This document shows, one piece after another, positions 1-9,922 of a stretch of 32,000 bases of DNA; position 1 is the first letter of the stretch, and each line of letters opens with the position of its first letter. A program made the position numbers and the translations under genes. Source of the DNA: Opitutia bacterium KCR 482 (lineage in GTDB: Bacteria > Verrucomicrobiota > Verrucomicrobiia > Opitutales > Intestinicryptomonadaceae); contig CP149973.1 of the NCBI GenBank assembly GCA_029269845.2, forward strand, positions 870,001-902,000, written 5' to 3'. The notes under the pieces were generated by a model. That model saw nothing but the letters and a program-made list of their open reading frames with translations. It made no database searches and was not told the origin of the DNA.

Positions 1-157
1 AAAAAATGGCACGCCCCCAAAGTGCGATACACTACAAAACGCGCTTCGCCCAAAACAAAGCGCAAGCCGCCCGCAAGGCACGCCGCGATAAAAACAAAAT
101 CCGCGGGCAAACAAAGCGCGCCGCGCTTCAAAAAAAATCGCGACGCGCCGCAAAAAA

Positions 158-533
158 GGGAAGACTGCGGAGCGTAAGCCGGATTCTGTGGCTCTTGCGA
201 ACCGGCATTCATTTATCTGCGCGGGCGGATTGCTCCGACCCCGCGCCTCCTTGCGGAGTGCGACATACCCGATGTGTTATGGACGAGCCGCCCCACACCC
301 TACATTGTCTTGCACCGAACTGGGTTTGCAATGCCCGTCGGGATTGCTCCGACGGCGGTGGTCTCTTACACCCCCTTTTCACCCTTACCGCTTGCGCGGC
401 GGTATATTTTCTGTTGCACTATCCATGCGGAGGCGTTTTCCGCCGCCGCCCCGTCCTTTCAAACGGAGTTCCGCCCTGTGGTGTCCGGACTTTCCTCTCG
501 GCGAACCGAGCGAATGCCTGCCCCGCAGTCTTC
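158..533 (-). ncRNA. rnpB: RNase P RNA, bacterial type A
   Basis: The reverse complement carries the conserved RNase P RNA blocks GAGGAAAGUCCGGAC (plus 483-497), AGUGCAACAGAAA, GGUAAGGGUGAAAAGGGGGUGUAAGAGACCACC (plus 357-389), AGAUAAAUGAAUG and ACAGAAUCCGGCUUA (plus 175-189). The 5' GAAGACUGCGG (523-533) pairs with the 3' CCGCAGUCUUC (160-170) to form P1. A U-run follows on the minus strand. Ends are approximate to a few nt. Confidence 0.92.
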
Positions 534-603
534 GAAAAAAAAGCTCTCACAAAAACGGCGCAAAGCGCAAGCAAATTCGCATCGAAACACGCCGCGCGAA
601 CGC

Positions 604-628
604 AAAAAAAACGCCGCCCGCCGGCGTT
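604..628 (-). terminator. Intrinsic terminator downstream of the glycoside hydrolase gene
   Basis: On the minus strand, the stem AACGCCG / CGGCGTT (611-616 with 622-628, loop 617-621) is followed by an 8-nt U-run (plus-strand A-run 604-611). It lies 40 nt after the stop at 668. Confidence 0.6.
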
Positions 629-667
629 CGGCAAGGGGCGGCGTTCGGCGCAAAAGCCGCGCGGACG

Positions 668-2833
668 CTAAAATTTCAGCTCAAACTTCGCAAAGCCCTC
701 CTTGTTGTCGGGCGATTTCAGCAGGCTAAGCTCCACCGAATTGTTGTCGGGCTTTGCCGACATCTTCGCGCCGGCCGCCGTTGCCGACTTGAACGAATAG
801 CGCGCAGGAACGTGGATTGCAACCGTCGTCGGGAAGCCGTCCACAAGGGCGATTTTGCCTTTGAGCGTCTTTGTTTTGGCGTCCCACTTTTCGTCGAGAA
901 TTTCGAAATTCGTCTGCGCAATGTGGCGGTCGGTTGCGAGAATGCGCGGGCGGTCAACCGTCGGGCGGGCGACGAGCACGCGGACTCCGTGCGCGGGCAC
1001 ACGGATTGCGTAGGGCGGATTGAAGTTGGTGTAGGTTTCGCCCGTCCAAAATTCGCGGCAGGTATACGAACCTTCGGGCATGCCGAGTTCTTTCGCGCTT
1101 GCCTCGACGAGCTTTTCCTCGTCGCCCCAGTTGAAGAATGCAATGACGTTATATTTGCCCATAACGGGGTGCTTTACCGCCAAGTTCCAGACGGGGAGCA
1201 TGTCGAAGTACGGATAGAGCGCGGCGGGGCGCACAATGGCGGCGGGCAGCGTCTGTTGGAGAATCTTCATGCGGTCGGGCGCAAGGTTTGCGAGCTTGTC
1301 GCCGAAGAACGTGAGCTGGCCGGGGAGCGCGACGATTGTGGCTGTCGTTCGAGCCTCTTCAAGCGGAAGGTCGCGGACAAGCACGGTGTCTGGGTCGGCA
1401 ATCATCGAGATGTTGTGCGTGAAAATCTGGTTGACGGTGCAACGCCCCTGCAAGAGCACGTTTTTCCACATGACGGGCTTGTTGGGGTGCACGATGTCCG
1501 CGCCCGTACGCGCCATTTCGGCGTACGCCGCCTCGGGCCCCGACGTGTGCCCCTGGCACGCAAGGAAAAGCCTGTCGCCGCCGATTCCCCTGCGGAACGC
1601 CTGCACGGTAAGCTCGAACGGGTTTGCGCACTTGGGATTCTTGAAGCGCGCGCGGATTGACGGACGCTCGTAGAGGTGCGCGCAGTAGCCCGCGTCGCGC
1701 CCCGACATGCCGTCGATTTTGAAGAACTCGTAGCCCCACTCGCGCGACGCCCTGCGCATGATTCCCTCTATGTGCGCAAGGGCTTCGGGAACGGTCGGGT
1801 CTATCGTATACAATCCGTTCCACGACCAAATAGGCTTGCCGTTTGCGTCGTGCAAAAACCAGTCTTTGTGCTTTTCGTAGAAGTCGCGGTTGCCCGTTCC
1901 GTATGGGGAAATCCAAATTCCCGGGCGGAAGCCGAGGGCGCGAATGTCGTCGGCGAGCTTCTTCATGCCGTCGGGGAACTGCTTTTCGTTTACCTCCAAA
2001 TCGAGGTGGTAAAACTTAGACACGGGCAGCTTGTCGGAATTGCCCTGCCACGACTCTATCGACCAGATTTCGCAGCCGAACGGCTGCAAAAATTTTTTGC
2101 CCACGCGGGCCTCCGCAAGGTTGTCTTCGGCGGTCGCCTTGTCGAAATATGTGTTCCAGGACATCCAGCCCGTGGGGGTCTTCGGGCAGTTTTTGCGGTC
2201 GAGCGGCTTGTAGTACGGAACATAGCTGTTTTTGAAATAGTTTTTGCGCAGGTCGAAAACGAACTTCGCGCGGGAGCTTTTTTCTATCTCGCCCGACATC
2301 TCGAATTTGTACGACTTCGGCGAAAGCGTCGAAATTTTCAGTCCTCCCGCCGACATCGAAAGCATGGTGTCGGTGGCGGGCGCAAACACGGAGTCGTTCA
2401 AAAGCGAATCCGCTCCGCCAATGCCGAGGGCGAGCACGCGCTCTCCGTCGGCCGGCTTGCTTCGGCACGCAAAGGCGTCGTCGGAGGTTTTTATGCGCCC
2501 CCAGAGCTTCATTTTGCCCGAATACGCCTGCGCGGTTCGGTGGTAGAAAAGCATTTCGAGAGTGTCGTTGTTTCGAGGGAAGACGAGGTATCCTTGAACG
2601 TTCCCCTTGGCGTCGACCAGCGCAAAGCGGTTCTTCACGCCGTCGCGCGAATTTACCACGCCCCACTTTTTGCCGTCCGACTCGAACAAAAGCTCGCCGC
2701 TGACCGACACGCCGTCGTTTTCGGCGCTTAGAACCGAAGTTTTTTCGTCGAAAGAAACGCTCCATTCGGCGAAAGAAAAGGCGGGCGCAAGACACGCCGC
2801 CGCAATCAAAAAAGATAATTTTCCCGTGCGCAT
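668..2833 (-). CDS. Secreted glycoside hydrolase, alpha-galactosidase/melibiase-like TIM barrel (family uncertain)
   Basis: ORF 668..2884 trimmed to the ATG at 2831-2833, which opens a signal peptide (MRTGKLSFLIAAACLAPAFSFA). The central region (PTGWMSWNTYFDKATAEDN, WGYEFFKIDGMSG) resembles clan GH-D alpha-galactosidases. The family assignment is from motif memory only. Confidence 0.75.
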   Translation of the reverse strand: MRTGKLSFLIAAACLAPAFSFAEWSVSFDEKTSVLSAENDGVSVSGELLFESDGKKWGVVNSRDGVKNRFALVDAKGNVQGYLVFPRNNDTLEMLFYHRTAQAYSGKMKLWGRIKTSDDAFACRSKPADGERVLALGIGGADSLLNDSVFAPATDTMLSMSAGGLKISTLSPKSYKFEMSGEIEKSSRAKFVFDLRKNYFKNSYVPYYKPLDRKNCPKTPTGWMSWNTYFDKATAEDNLAEARVGKKFLQPFGCEIWSIESWQGNSDKLPVSKFYHLDLEVNEKQFPDGMKKLADDIRALGFRPGIWISPYGTGNRDFYEKHKDWFLHDANGKPIWSWNGLYTIDPTVPEALAHIEGIMRRASREWGYEFFKIDGMSGRDAGYCAHLYERPSIRARFKNPKCANPFELTVQAFRRGIGGDRLFLACQGHTSGPEAAYAEMARTGADIVHPNKPVMWKNVLLQGRCTVNQIFTHNISMIADPDTVLVRDLPLEEARTTATIVALPGQLTFFGDKLANLAPDRMKILQQTLPAAIVRPAALYPYFDMLPVWNLAVKHPVMGKYNVIAFFNWGDEEKLVEASAKELGMPEGSYTCREFWTGETYTNFNPPYAIRVPAHGVRVLVARPTVDRPRILATDRHIAQTNFEILDEKWDAKTKTLKGKIALVDGFPTTVAIHVPARYSFKSATAAGAKMSAKPDNNSVELSLLKSPDNKEGFAKFELKF

Positions 2834-2929
2834 ATTTATTGTTGTATAGGGAAGCCACGCTACGCGCTTCGGCGCGGCGGTCAAACAAATTCGGATTGCA
2901 GCAGCGCAAAAAAACGCGCATGCGGGCTG

Positions 2930-3448
2930 TCAGGACGCGTTGTAGACAAGCTTTTTTACGTCGTAGCCAAGCTTTTCGGCGCGGCCGAGAATTTCCGCCA
3001 AGACGGGCTTCGGGAGGGTCGGAGTCCGCGAAAGTATCCACAAATATTTTTTGTCCGACGCGCCCACGAGCGACCACTCGTAGCCGCCGCCCCGCGCAAG
3101 CACAATGTAGTCGGAGTAAAACGGGCGGAAGAACGACACCCTAAGCTCCGCGCTCTTCGCGGGGTTCGGCACATACGCAATGCCGGTCGATTCCCGCCGC
3201 GAGCCGTCGGGCGCAGTGCCCGAATTTACCACGCGAACGCGGCCGTCGGGCATAAGCTCGTAGACGGCGGAACAGTCGCGCAAGCCGTGCTGGAAGAAGT
3301 TTTCGAACCGCGCAACCTCGTACCATTTGCCCGCGTAGCGGCTCAAATCTACTTCGGGAAGCGCATGCCCCGAAGCCCCCGAATGCGAACAGCACGACGC
3401 CGAAAACAGCGCGGCGAGCGCACAGAATATCCCAGTTGTCTTTTTCAT
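2930..3448 (-). CDS. blc: Bacterial lipocalin (outer-membrane lipoprotein Blc family)
   Basis: 172 aa. A lipoprotein-like signal (ALFSASCC) is followed by the lipocalin signature DLSRYAGKWYEVARFEN and a C-terminal YLWILSRTP block. Confidence 0.88.
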   Translation of the reverse strand: MKKTTGIFCALAALFSASCCSHSGASGHALPEVDLSRYAGKWYEVARFENFFQHGLRDCSAVYELMPDGRVRVVNSGTAPDGSRRESTGIAYVPNPAKSAELRVSFFRPFYSDYIVLARGGGYEWSLVGASDKKYLWILSRTPTLPKPVLAEILGRAEKLGYDVKKLVYNAS

Positions 3449-3636
3449 AAAAACGCCCTTTCATGCCGATTTTTAAAGCTCGGAAATTAAGCCGAGCGCG
3501 GCGCAAGCCGATTTTTTCGAGAAGCCGCCCCTACCCCTATCGGAAAAAATACGGCGCATGCGGAGAATTTTTTTTGTTGCATTAATTTTATTGCGCAACA
3601 GTATTGACGACTTCTTTAACCAGAAAGTGTATTATT

Positions 3637-4629
3637 ATGGTATCGTACAAAGAATTAGGTCTTGTTAACACGCGCGAGCTTTTCAAAAAAGCAATCGCAG
3701 GTCATTATGCGATTCCCGCGTTTAACTTCAACAACATGGAACAAATGCAGGCCATCGTTCAGGCTTGCGTCGAAAAAAAGTCCCCCGTTATCTTGCAGGT
3801 TTCGAGCGGCGCGCGTAAATACGCAAACCAGACGATCCTCCGCTACATGGCGCAGGGCGCGTGCGAATACGCAAAGGAACTCGGCTGCAATATTCCGATT
3901 GTCCTCCACCTCGACCACGGCGACACTTTCGAACTCTGCAAATCGTGCGTTGAATACGGTTTCTCGTCGGTCATGATCGACGGCTCGGCGCACTCGTACG
4001 ACGACAACGTCGCCCTCACAAAGAAGGTCGTTGAATTCGCGCACGCGCACGATGTCACGGTCGAAGGCGAACTCGGCGTCCTCGCGGGCATCGAAGACGA
4101 AGTTTCGCACGAAACGCACTCGTACACGCGCCCCGAAGAAGTCGAAGACTTCGTAAGCAAGACGGGCGTAGACTCGCTGGCAATTTCCATCGGCACATCG
4201 CACGGCGCGTACAAGTTCAAGCCCGAACAGTGCACGCGCGACGAAAACGGCCGCCTCGTTCCGCCGCCGCTCCGCTTCGACATTCTCAAAGAAATCGAAA
4301 AGCGTATTCCCGGCTTCCCGATTGTCCTCCACGGTTCGTCCTCGGTTCCGCAGCAGTATGTTGACGAAATCAACAAATACGGCGGCAAGCTCGAAGCGGC
4401 GGTCGGTATCCCCGAAGAACAGCTCCGCGAAGCCTCGAAGTCGGCGGTTTGCAAAATCAACATCGACTCCGACGGCCGTCTGGCGATGACTGCGGCAATC
4501 CGCAAGGTATTCGTCGAAAAGCCCGCGGAATTCGACCCCCGCAAATACCTCGGCCCCGCGCGCGACGAGCTCAAAAAGCTCTACATGCACAAGGTCGAAA
4601 ACGTCCTCGGTTCGGCGAACAAGGCGTAG
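3637..4629 (+). CDS. fba: Fructose-bisphosphate aldolase, class II
   Basis: Class II aldolase blocks are present: AIPAFNFNNMEQMQAI, LHLDHG, SVMIDGS, ISIGTSHGAYKF, LHGSSSVP. Start moved from TTG 3604 to ATG 3637 (MVSYKELGL). Confidence 0.95.
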   Translation: MVSYKELGLVNTRELFKKAIAGHYAIPAFNFNNMEQMQAIVQACVEKKSPVILQVSSGARKYANQTILRYMAQGACEYAKELGCNIPIVLHLDHGDTFELCKSCVEYGFSSVMIDGSAHSYDDNVALTKKVVEFAHAHDVTVEGELGVLAGIEDEVSHETHSYTRPEEVEDFVSKTGVDSLAISIGTSHGAYKFKPEQCTRDENGRLVPPPLRFDILKEIEKRIPGFPIVLHGSSSVPQQYVDEINKYGGKLEAAVGIPEEQLREASKSAVCKINIDSDGRLAMTAAIRKVFVEKPAEFDPRKYLGPARDELKKLYMHKVENVLGSANKA

Positions 4630-4697
4630 TCTTTGCGACTCGCAAAAACGGGGGGCTTCCGCCCCCGCAACGCGTCGGCTCCCAAACGCCGACAGAC

Positions 4698-4730
4698 AAA
4701 AAACACGGGTTCAAGCCCGTGTTTTTTTTT
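4698..4730 (+). terminator. Intrinsic terminator after fba
   Basis: Stem CACGGG (4704-4709) / CCCGTG (4716-4721) is extended by flanking A/T pairs and followed by T9 (4722-4730). Confidence 0.75.
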
Positions 4731-4916
4731 GCGTCCTCCCGCCGAGCAATATCTAAGCCGAATTTTGGGGACTGTTTTTTCGTCCTCCCCACGCTTGTGC
4801 CAAAATTGGCACACCTTAGGGAAAAAATGGCACAGCCGCGGACGCGCCCGTTTGCGCTTTTGCCTTGAAATCATGCCGTTGCGAATTGGCACACAGACTG
4901 CTATTTGAAAGGCAAT

Positions 4917-7499
4917 ATGAGTAATATTGACGCAGAAAAATTTACGGAAAAGAGCCTTGAAGCCCTCAAAGGCGCAAGCGAAATTGCAAAGGAGCGCGGG
5001 AACACGGAAATCCTGCAAGTGCATCTCCTTGCGAGCCTGATTGCGCAGGAGGGCGGAATTGTAGGCTCTATCCTCAACAAGCTCGGCTCGGACAAACGCT
5101 CCGCGCTCGAACTTGGTATTCGCCGCGTTCTCGACAACCTTCCGAAAGTCGGCGGATCGAATACCGACCCCTATCTCAGCACGGGGCTGTCGGCAACGCT
5201 CGACCGCGCCGCATCAATCGCAAAACAGATGTCCGACGACTTCGTTTCGACCGAACACCTTTTGATTGCAATCGTCGAAAAACCCGATCCTCAGGAGATT
5301 GCAAACCTGTTCAGAAGCCTGCAAATAACGCGTTCGGGAGTGGAGGAAGTTGTCTCGCAAATGCGCGGGTCGGCGCACGTCAACACAAAGACGCCGGAGG
5401 CGACCTACGACGTGCTTGAAAAGTACGGCGCAAACCTTGTAATGCTCGCCCGCGAGGGCAAGCTCGACCCCGTCATCGGCAGGGACGACGAAATTAGCAG
5501 GGTAATCAGAATACTTTCGAGAAAAACGAAAAACAACCCCGTTCTCATCGGCGAACCCGGCGTAGGCAAAACCGCAATCGCCGAGGGCTTGGCGCAGCGC
5601 ATTGTCCGCCGCGACGTCCCCGAAGGGCTGAAAGACAAGACGGTCTTCGCGCTCGACATGGGCTCGCTTATCGCGGGCGCAAAATACCGCGGCGAATTCG
5701 AGGAAAGGCTGAAAGCCGTCCTCAACAAGGTGAAGGAGTCGGAGGGCAAGATAATCCTGTTCATCGACGAGCTTCATACGATTGTCGGCGCGGGAAAGTC
5801 GGAGGGTTCAATGGACGCTTCGAACATGCTAAAACCCATGCTCGCCCGCGGCGAACTCCGCTGCGTGGGAGCTACCACACTCGACGAATACCGCCAGTAC
5901 ATTGAAAAAGATCCCGCCCTCGAACGCAGATTCCAGAGCGTGTACGTCGCCGAACCCGACGTCGAAACGAGCATCGCAATTTTGCGCGGACTTAAAGAGC
6001 GTTTCGAAACATTCCACGGCGTGCACATTCAGGACCGCGCCCTCGTGGAGGCGGCAAACCTCAGCAACAGGTACATCACTGGCAGACAGCTCCCCGACAA
6101 GGCAATCGACCTCGTGGACGAAGCTTGCGCGAGAATCAAAACGCAGCTCGACTCCATGCCCGCGGAGCTCGACCTCCTGCTGAGAAAACTCCGCAGGCTC
6201 GAAATAGAGGAAACCGCCCTCGTGAAAGAGGAGCACGACGACAAGCGGCTCGCCGAAGTCCGCAAGGAACTCGCCGAAATGCGCGAAAAGGCGAACGCCA
6301 TGAAAGCGCAGTGGGAAGAGGAAAAACAGGCGACCGACAAAGCCGTAAAACTCCGCGAGCAAATCGAAGCCGCAAAAATCAAGATGGAACGCGCCGAACG
6401 CGAGTACAACCTCACGCAGGCGGCGGAAATAAAATACGGCGAACTTCCGAAACTCGAAGAAGCCCTCAAAAAGGCGATGAGCGAGGAAATGAGCGAATCC
6501 GCGCTCGTAAAGGAAAGCGTCAGCGCGGACGAAATCGCGGCAATCGTCGCCGACTGGACAGGCATTCCCGTCAAAAAGCTGCTCGAAACCGAGCGCGAGA
6601 AACTGCTTAAACTCCCCGAAATCCTCCACAAGAGGGTAATCGGACAGTCCGAGGCTGTGGACAGCGTTTCCGACGCAATCCTCAGGTCGCGCGCGGGTAT
6701 CCAAGACCCAAAACGCCCGACAGGCTCTTTCATGTTCCTGGGGCCCACGGGCGTCGGCAAAACCGAGCTTGCAAAAACGCTTTCGGAGGCGCTCTTCAAC
6801 AGCGAGGACAACATCGTGAGAATCGACATGTCCGAGTACATGGAAAAGCACTCCGTGGCGCGGCTAATCGGCGCGCCCCCCGGCTACGTCGGCTACGAAC
6901 AGGGCGGACAGCTCACCGAAGCCGTGCGGCGCAGACCGTACAGCGTGGTTCTCTTCGACGAAATCGAAAAGGCGCACCCCGAAGTGCTCAACACGCTGCT
7001 GCAAGTGCTCGACGACGGCATTCTGACCGACTCGCAGGGACGCAGGGTAGACTTCAAAAACACGGTAATCATCATGACCTCCAACATCGGCGCGCGCTTC
7101 ATCACCGACGGCGCGCTCGACGACAAGGGCGAGCTTTCCGCCTCCGCGCGGGAAGCCGTCATGACCGAAGTCCGCGCCCACTTCAAGCCCGAATTCCTCA
7201 ACAGAATCGACGACATCGTAATCTTCAAGGCATTGCAGCTCGACGAAATCGTAAAGATTGTAAAACTGCAAATAGACTCGCTCAACAAGCGGCTCGAAGC
7301 GCAGAACATAAAAGTAGAGCTTACCAAGAAAGCGTACGAGTTCCTCGCCGACAAGGCTTACGACCCGCTCTACGGGGCGCGTCCGCTCAAACGGGTAATC
7401 AACAACAAGATTGAAAACCCGCTCGCCCGCGCAATCATTTCGGGAAAAATCAGGGAGGGCGACACCATGAAGTTCACCGAAAAGGAACTTCAAGACTAA
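4917..7499 (+). CDS. clpB: ATP-dependent chaperone/disaggregase ClpB
   Basis: Two AAA+ modules (Walker A GEPGVGKT and GPTGVGKT) are separated by a long coiled-coil middle domain, and there is an N-terminal Clp repeat domain. Start at ATG 4917 ([13 protein letters not shown]) with GAAAGG upstream. The TTG at 4905 is less likely. Confidence 0.97.
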   Translation: MSNIDAEKFTEKSLEALKGASEIAKERGNTEILQVHLLASLIAQEGGIVGSILNKLGSDKRSALELGIRRVLDNLPKVGGSNTDPYLSTGLSATLDRAASIAKQMSDDFVSTEHLLIAIVEKPDPQEIANLFRSLQITRSGVEEVVSQMRGSAHVNTKTPEATYDVLEKYGANLVMLAREGKLDPVIGRDDEISRVIRILSRKTKNNPVLIGEPGVGKTAIAEGLAQRIVRRDVPEGLKDKTVFALDMGSLIAGAKYRGEFEERLKAVLNKVKESEGKIILFIDELHTIVGAGKSEGSMDASNMLKPMLARGELRCVGATTLDEYRQYIEKDPALERRFQSVYVAEPDVETSIAILRGLKERFETFHGVHIQDRALVEAANLSNRYITGRQLPDKAIDLVDEACARIKTQLDSMPAELDLLLRKLRRLEIEETALVKEEHDDKRLAEVRKELAEMREKANAMKAQWEEEKQATDKAVKLREQIEAAKIKMERAEREYNLTQAAEIKYGELPKLEEALKKAMSEEMSESALVKESVSADEIAAIVADWTGIPVKKLLETEREKLLKLPEILHKRVIGQSEAVDSVSDAILRSRAGIQDPKRPTGSFMFLGPTGVGKTELAKTLSEALFNSEDNIVRIDMSEYMEKHSVARLIGAPPGYVGYEQGGQLTEAVRRRPYSVVLFDEIEKAHPEVLNTLLQVLDDGILTDSQGRRVDFKNTVIIMTSNIGARFITDGALDDKGELSASAREAVMTEVRAHFKPEFLNRIDDIVIFKALQLDEIVKIVKLQIDSLNKRLEAQNIKVELTKKAYEFLADKAYDPLYGARPLKRVINNKIENPLARAIISGKIREGDTMKFTEKELQD

Positions 7500-7560
7500 G
7501 CCCTCCTTCGAATCGGGGCGCACGGCGCAAACGCGCCACTCCGCCCCGACCGAAAAAAGC

Positions 7561-7597
7561 AAACGCCGCGCATTGCAAAATGCGCGGCGTTTTTTTG
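7561..7597. terminator. Bidirectional intrinsic terminator between clpB and the hemW-like gene
   Basis: The 10-bp stem ACGCCGCGCA / TGCGCGGCGT (7563-7572 / 7581-7590) is flanked by an A-run on the left and T7 on the right. It lies between convergent genes. Confidence 0.8.
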
Positions 7598-7668
7598 CGC
7601 CCGCTTTGACCGACACTCCGCAAAGCAAACACAACACACGGCACGCCCCCGCGAAAGCGGCGTAAGGC

Positions 7669-8802
7669 CTACAAAAGCTCGACCGCCACGGCGTCCGCCA
7701 CAAGCCTCCCGCTCTGCGTAAGGCGGATTCTCCCGCCGTCGATTTCAAGCAGGTTTTGCGCCGCAAGAAACGCGAGCGGCTCGCGGTATTTTTCGGAATC
7801 TGCCGACGGAAAGCGGCGGCGCAATAAATCGAAATCGACGCCGTCGTTCATGCGCAGCCCGAAAATCAACGCGCTCGAAAACATCTCGGAATCGTCGAGC
7901 GGCACAACGTCGCATTCCGCGGGAACGCCCGCGTTTACGCCGCAAAGCCACGTTCCGAAATCGGGCGCGTTGCGGAAACGCCGCCCCACGAACTGCGACG
8001 CCCCCGCAGGCCCGAAGCCGAGCCACTGCGCCATGTGCCAAGTTGAAAGGTTGTGCAGACACCTCGCGCCGCCCTTGGCGTAGTTCGAAATTTCGTACTG
8101 CCCAAAACCGAGCTCGGGAAGCCTGCCGAAAGCTATTTCGAGAAAGTCGCCCTCGCGCTCCGCATTGGCGTAGTCGCCGCCGCGCCCGCCGCAGCACGAC
8201 GTCGCGCTCTCGAATTCGAGACAGTACGCGCTGATGTGGTCGACGGGGCAGACGGCGGCTTTGTCTATGTCGGCAAGCCACGCTTCGGGAGTCTGCCCCT
8301 CCGCGCCGAAAATCAGGTCTATCGAAAAATGCGGGAAGCCCGCGTCGGCAACGCGCCCAATCGCCTCCATCGTGGCTTTGAGCGTATGCCTGCGGCCGAG
8401 AACGCGCAGCGTGCCTTCGTCGAAACTCTGCACGCCCATCGAAATGCGGGACACCCCGACGCGCTTGAACGCCTCCAAACGCGCCCGCGTGGCGTTGGTC
8501 GGCGCAACCTCGACAGTCCATTCGTCCGTCGGCAGAAGCCCGTCGAAAGACTCCGCAAGCGTTTCAATCCTCCGCTCGTCGAGAACCGACGGCGTTCCTC
8601 CGCCCCAAAACATGGTCTGCGGGCGCGGCAAACTCCCCCCGTTTAGCGACTTGCGCAGGGCGATTTCCGCGCCCACGCCGCGCACGAACGCGTCGAGGTC
8701 GGCGGAAGTCGGAGCGCGCTTGTAGAAGCGGCAGTAGTCGCAGCTCTGGGCGCAAAACGGAACGTGTAGATATATTCCGAAATTTTCGAAAATGTCTTGC
8801 AT
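7669..8802 (-). CDS. hemW: Radical SAM heme chaperone HemW / HemN-like coproporphyrinogen-III oxidase family protein
   Basis: 377 aa. N-terminal radical-SAM cluster motif CAQSCDYC (CxxxCxxC) in YLHVPFCAQSCDYCRF. Length and layout match the HemN/HemW family. Confidence 0.88.
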   Translation of the reverse strand: MQDIFENFGIYLHVPFCAQSCDYCRFYKRAPTSADLDAFVRGVGAEIALRKSLNGGSLPRPQTMFWGGGTPSVLDERRIETLAESFDGLLPTDEWTVEVAPTNATRARLEAFKRVGVSRISMGVQSFDEGTLRVLGRRHTLKATMEAIGRVADAGFPHFSIDLIFGAEGQTPEAWLADIDKAAVCPVDHISAYCLEFESATSCCGGRGGDYANAEREGDFLEIAFGRLPELGFGQYEISNYAKGGARCLHNLSTWHMAQWLGFGPAGASQFVGRRFRNAPDFGTWLCGVNAGVPAECDVVPLDDSEMFSSALIFGLRMNDGVDFDLLRRRFPSADSEKYREPLAFLAAQNLLEIDGGRIRLTQSGRLVADAVAVELL

Positions 8803-8846
8803 ACGTCGGACTTTTTTTTATATAGATGCGACATTATTTTAAACCT

Positions 8847-9830
8847 ATGAATAAAGCAAAGAAATTTGTATCCGTATGCGCGGCGGCCGCCGCAATGCTC
8901 GCGGCGGGCTGTTCGGGGCTTACAAACCTCACGCCCGAACGCGTACCCGAAAACTCCTCGCGCGTGTACACGCTCAGCATGAGCGCGTACATCAACGACG
9001 GCTCGCTTGTGCGCGACTCCATCGAACCTTTCGTGGTAATCGACGAACAGATTATCCCCATGAAGGAAATCAAGGACATGAAGTACGACCGCCTCTACGA
9101 GTACGACTACACCCTCCCGAAGGGAAGAAACGAGGCGAAATACTACTTTCTGCTGAAATATAAAGTGTCGAACAACATCGACGGCGTAAAGAAAGACCGC
9201 GAAATGAAAAGCCCCACGGTCTACACGCTCAAACCCGCGACGCGCTATATAGTGAACATGCAAAACGAACGCGGCCCCGTGGGCGCGTCGGTCACGGTTC
9301 TCGGACGCGGCTTCGACAAGCAGGACGTTATCCGCGTGGGCGGCGTGGACGCCGACACCGAATACCTCTCGCGCTCCACGCTCAGCTTCGTGGTTCCCCC
9401 GCTGAAATCGGGCAAGACATACGACGTCGAACTCATCGGCGAAAAAGGCGAAATCTGGATTGGCGCGTTCCGCGTCGACACCGCAAAAATGGGCGTTTCG
9501 CCCTCGTCAATCACGCTCGCTGGCGGCGACATCGTCAACATGATTTTCGACATCGGCTTCAAAGCCCCCAAGGGCGGATACCCGATTGACGTAAAGACGA
9601 ACATTCCAAGCTCGATAATTATGGACGACGTCGTAGTTCCCGAAGGACAAAGCTCGGTCAGCGTAATGCTCAAAGCCGCCGCCCCCGGAAAGGGATTCCT
9701 CTACGTCAACGGTCTGGGCTTCAACGAAACGACAGTTCCCGTGGTCGTCAACCGCGCCGACACAGCCGAACCCGTAATGACGGAAGCCGCGGGCGCAATC
9801 AACGAAATCAACACGAATGCCGAAAAATAG
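8847..9830 (+). CDS. Uncharacterised lipoprotein with IPT/TIG-like Ig-fold domain
   Basis: Signal peptide plus lipobox (MNKAKKFVSVCAAAAAMLAAGC). The mid region GPVGASVTVLGRGFDKQDVIRVGGVDADTEYLSRSTLSFVVPPLKSGKTYDVEL fits an IPT/TIG domain. An alternative upstream ATG lies at 8826. Confidence 0.75.
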   Translation: MNKAKKFVSVCAAAAAMLAAGCSGLTNLTPERVPENSSRVYTLSMSAYINDGSLVRDSIEPFVVIDEQIIPMKEIKDMKYDRLYEYDYTLPKGRNEAKYYFLLKYKVSNNIDGVKKDREMKSPTVYTLKPATRYIVNMQNERGPVGASVTVLGRGFDKQDVIRVGGVDADTEYLSRSTLSFVVPPLKSGKTYDVELIGEKGEIWIGAFRVDTAKMGVSPSSITLAGGDIVNMIFDIGFKAPKGGYPIDVKTNIPSSIIMDDVVVPEGQSSVSVMLKAAAPGKGFLYVNGLGFNETTVPVVVNRADTAEPVMTEAAGAINEINTNAEK

Positions 9831-9846
9831 CATTCCGTAGAATTTT

Positions 9847-9892
9847 AAAGGCGGGCATTTGCGTCGCAGGATGCAATCCCCGCCTTTTTTTT
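9847..9892 (+). terminator. Intrinsic terminator after the lipoprotein gene
   Basis: GGCGGG (9850-9855) / CCCGCC (9879-9884) encloses an inner GCAT...ATGC pairing and is followed by T8 (9885-9892). Confidence 0.65.
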
Positions 9893-9922
9893 CGATAAAA
9901 ACAAATGCCGAAAGGAAAGAAT

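Noticed and set aside
6-1660. ORFs 6..671 (221 aa), 188..1660 (490 aa), 274..729 (151 aa) and small minus-strand ORFs at 419..653
   Set aside because: They overlap the RNase P RNA and the antisense strand of the glycoside hydrolase gene. Their products are Arg/Ala/Pro-rich low-complexity strings, typical of out-of-frame reading in GC-rich DNA.
4807-4845. Sigma-54 promoter reading of the first two TGGCAC motifs (4807-4812 and 4828-4833)
   Set aside because: Neither has a GC/TGC -12 element at the required N5 spacing (ACCTTAGGGA and AGCCGCGGAC follow). Only the third copy (4887-4902) fits, and even that one has a leader-length problem.
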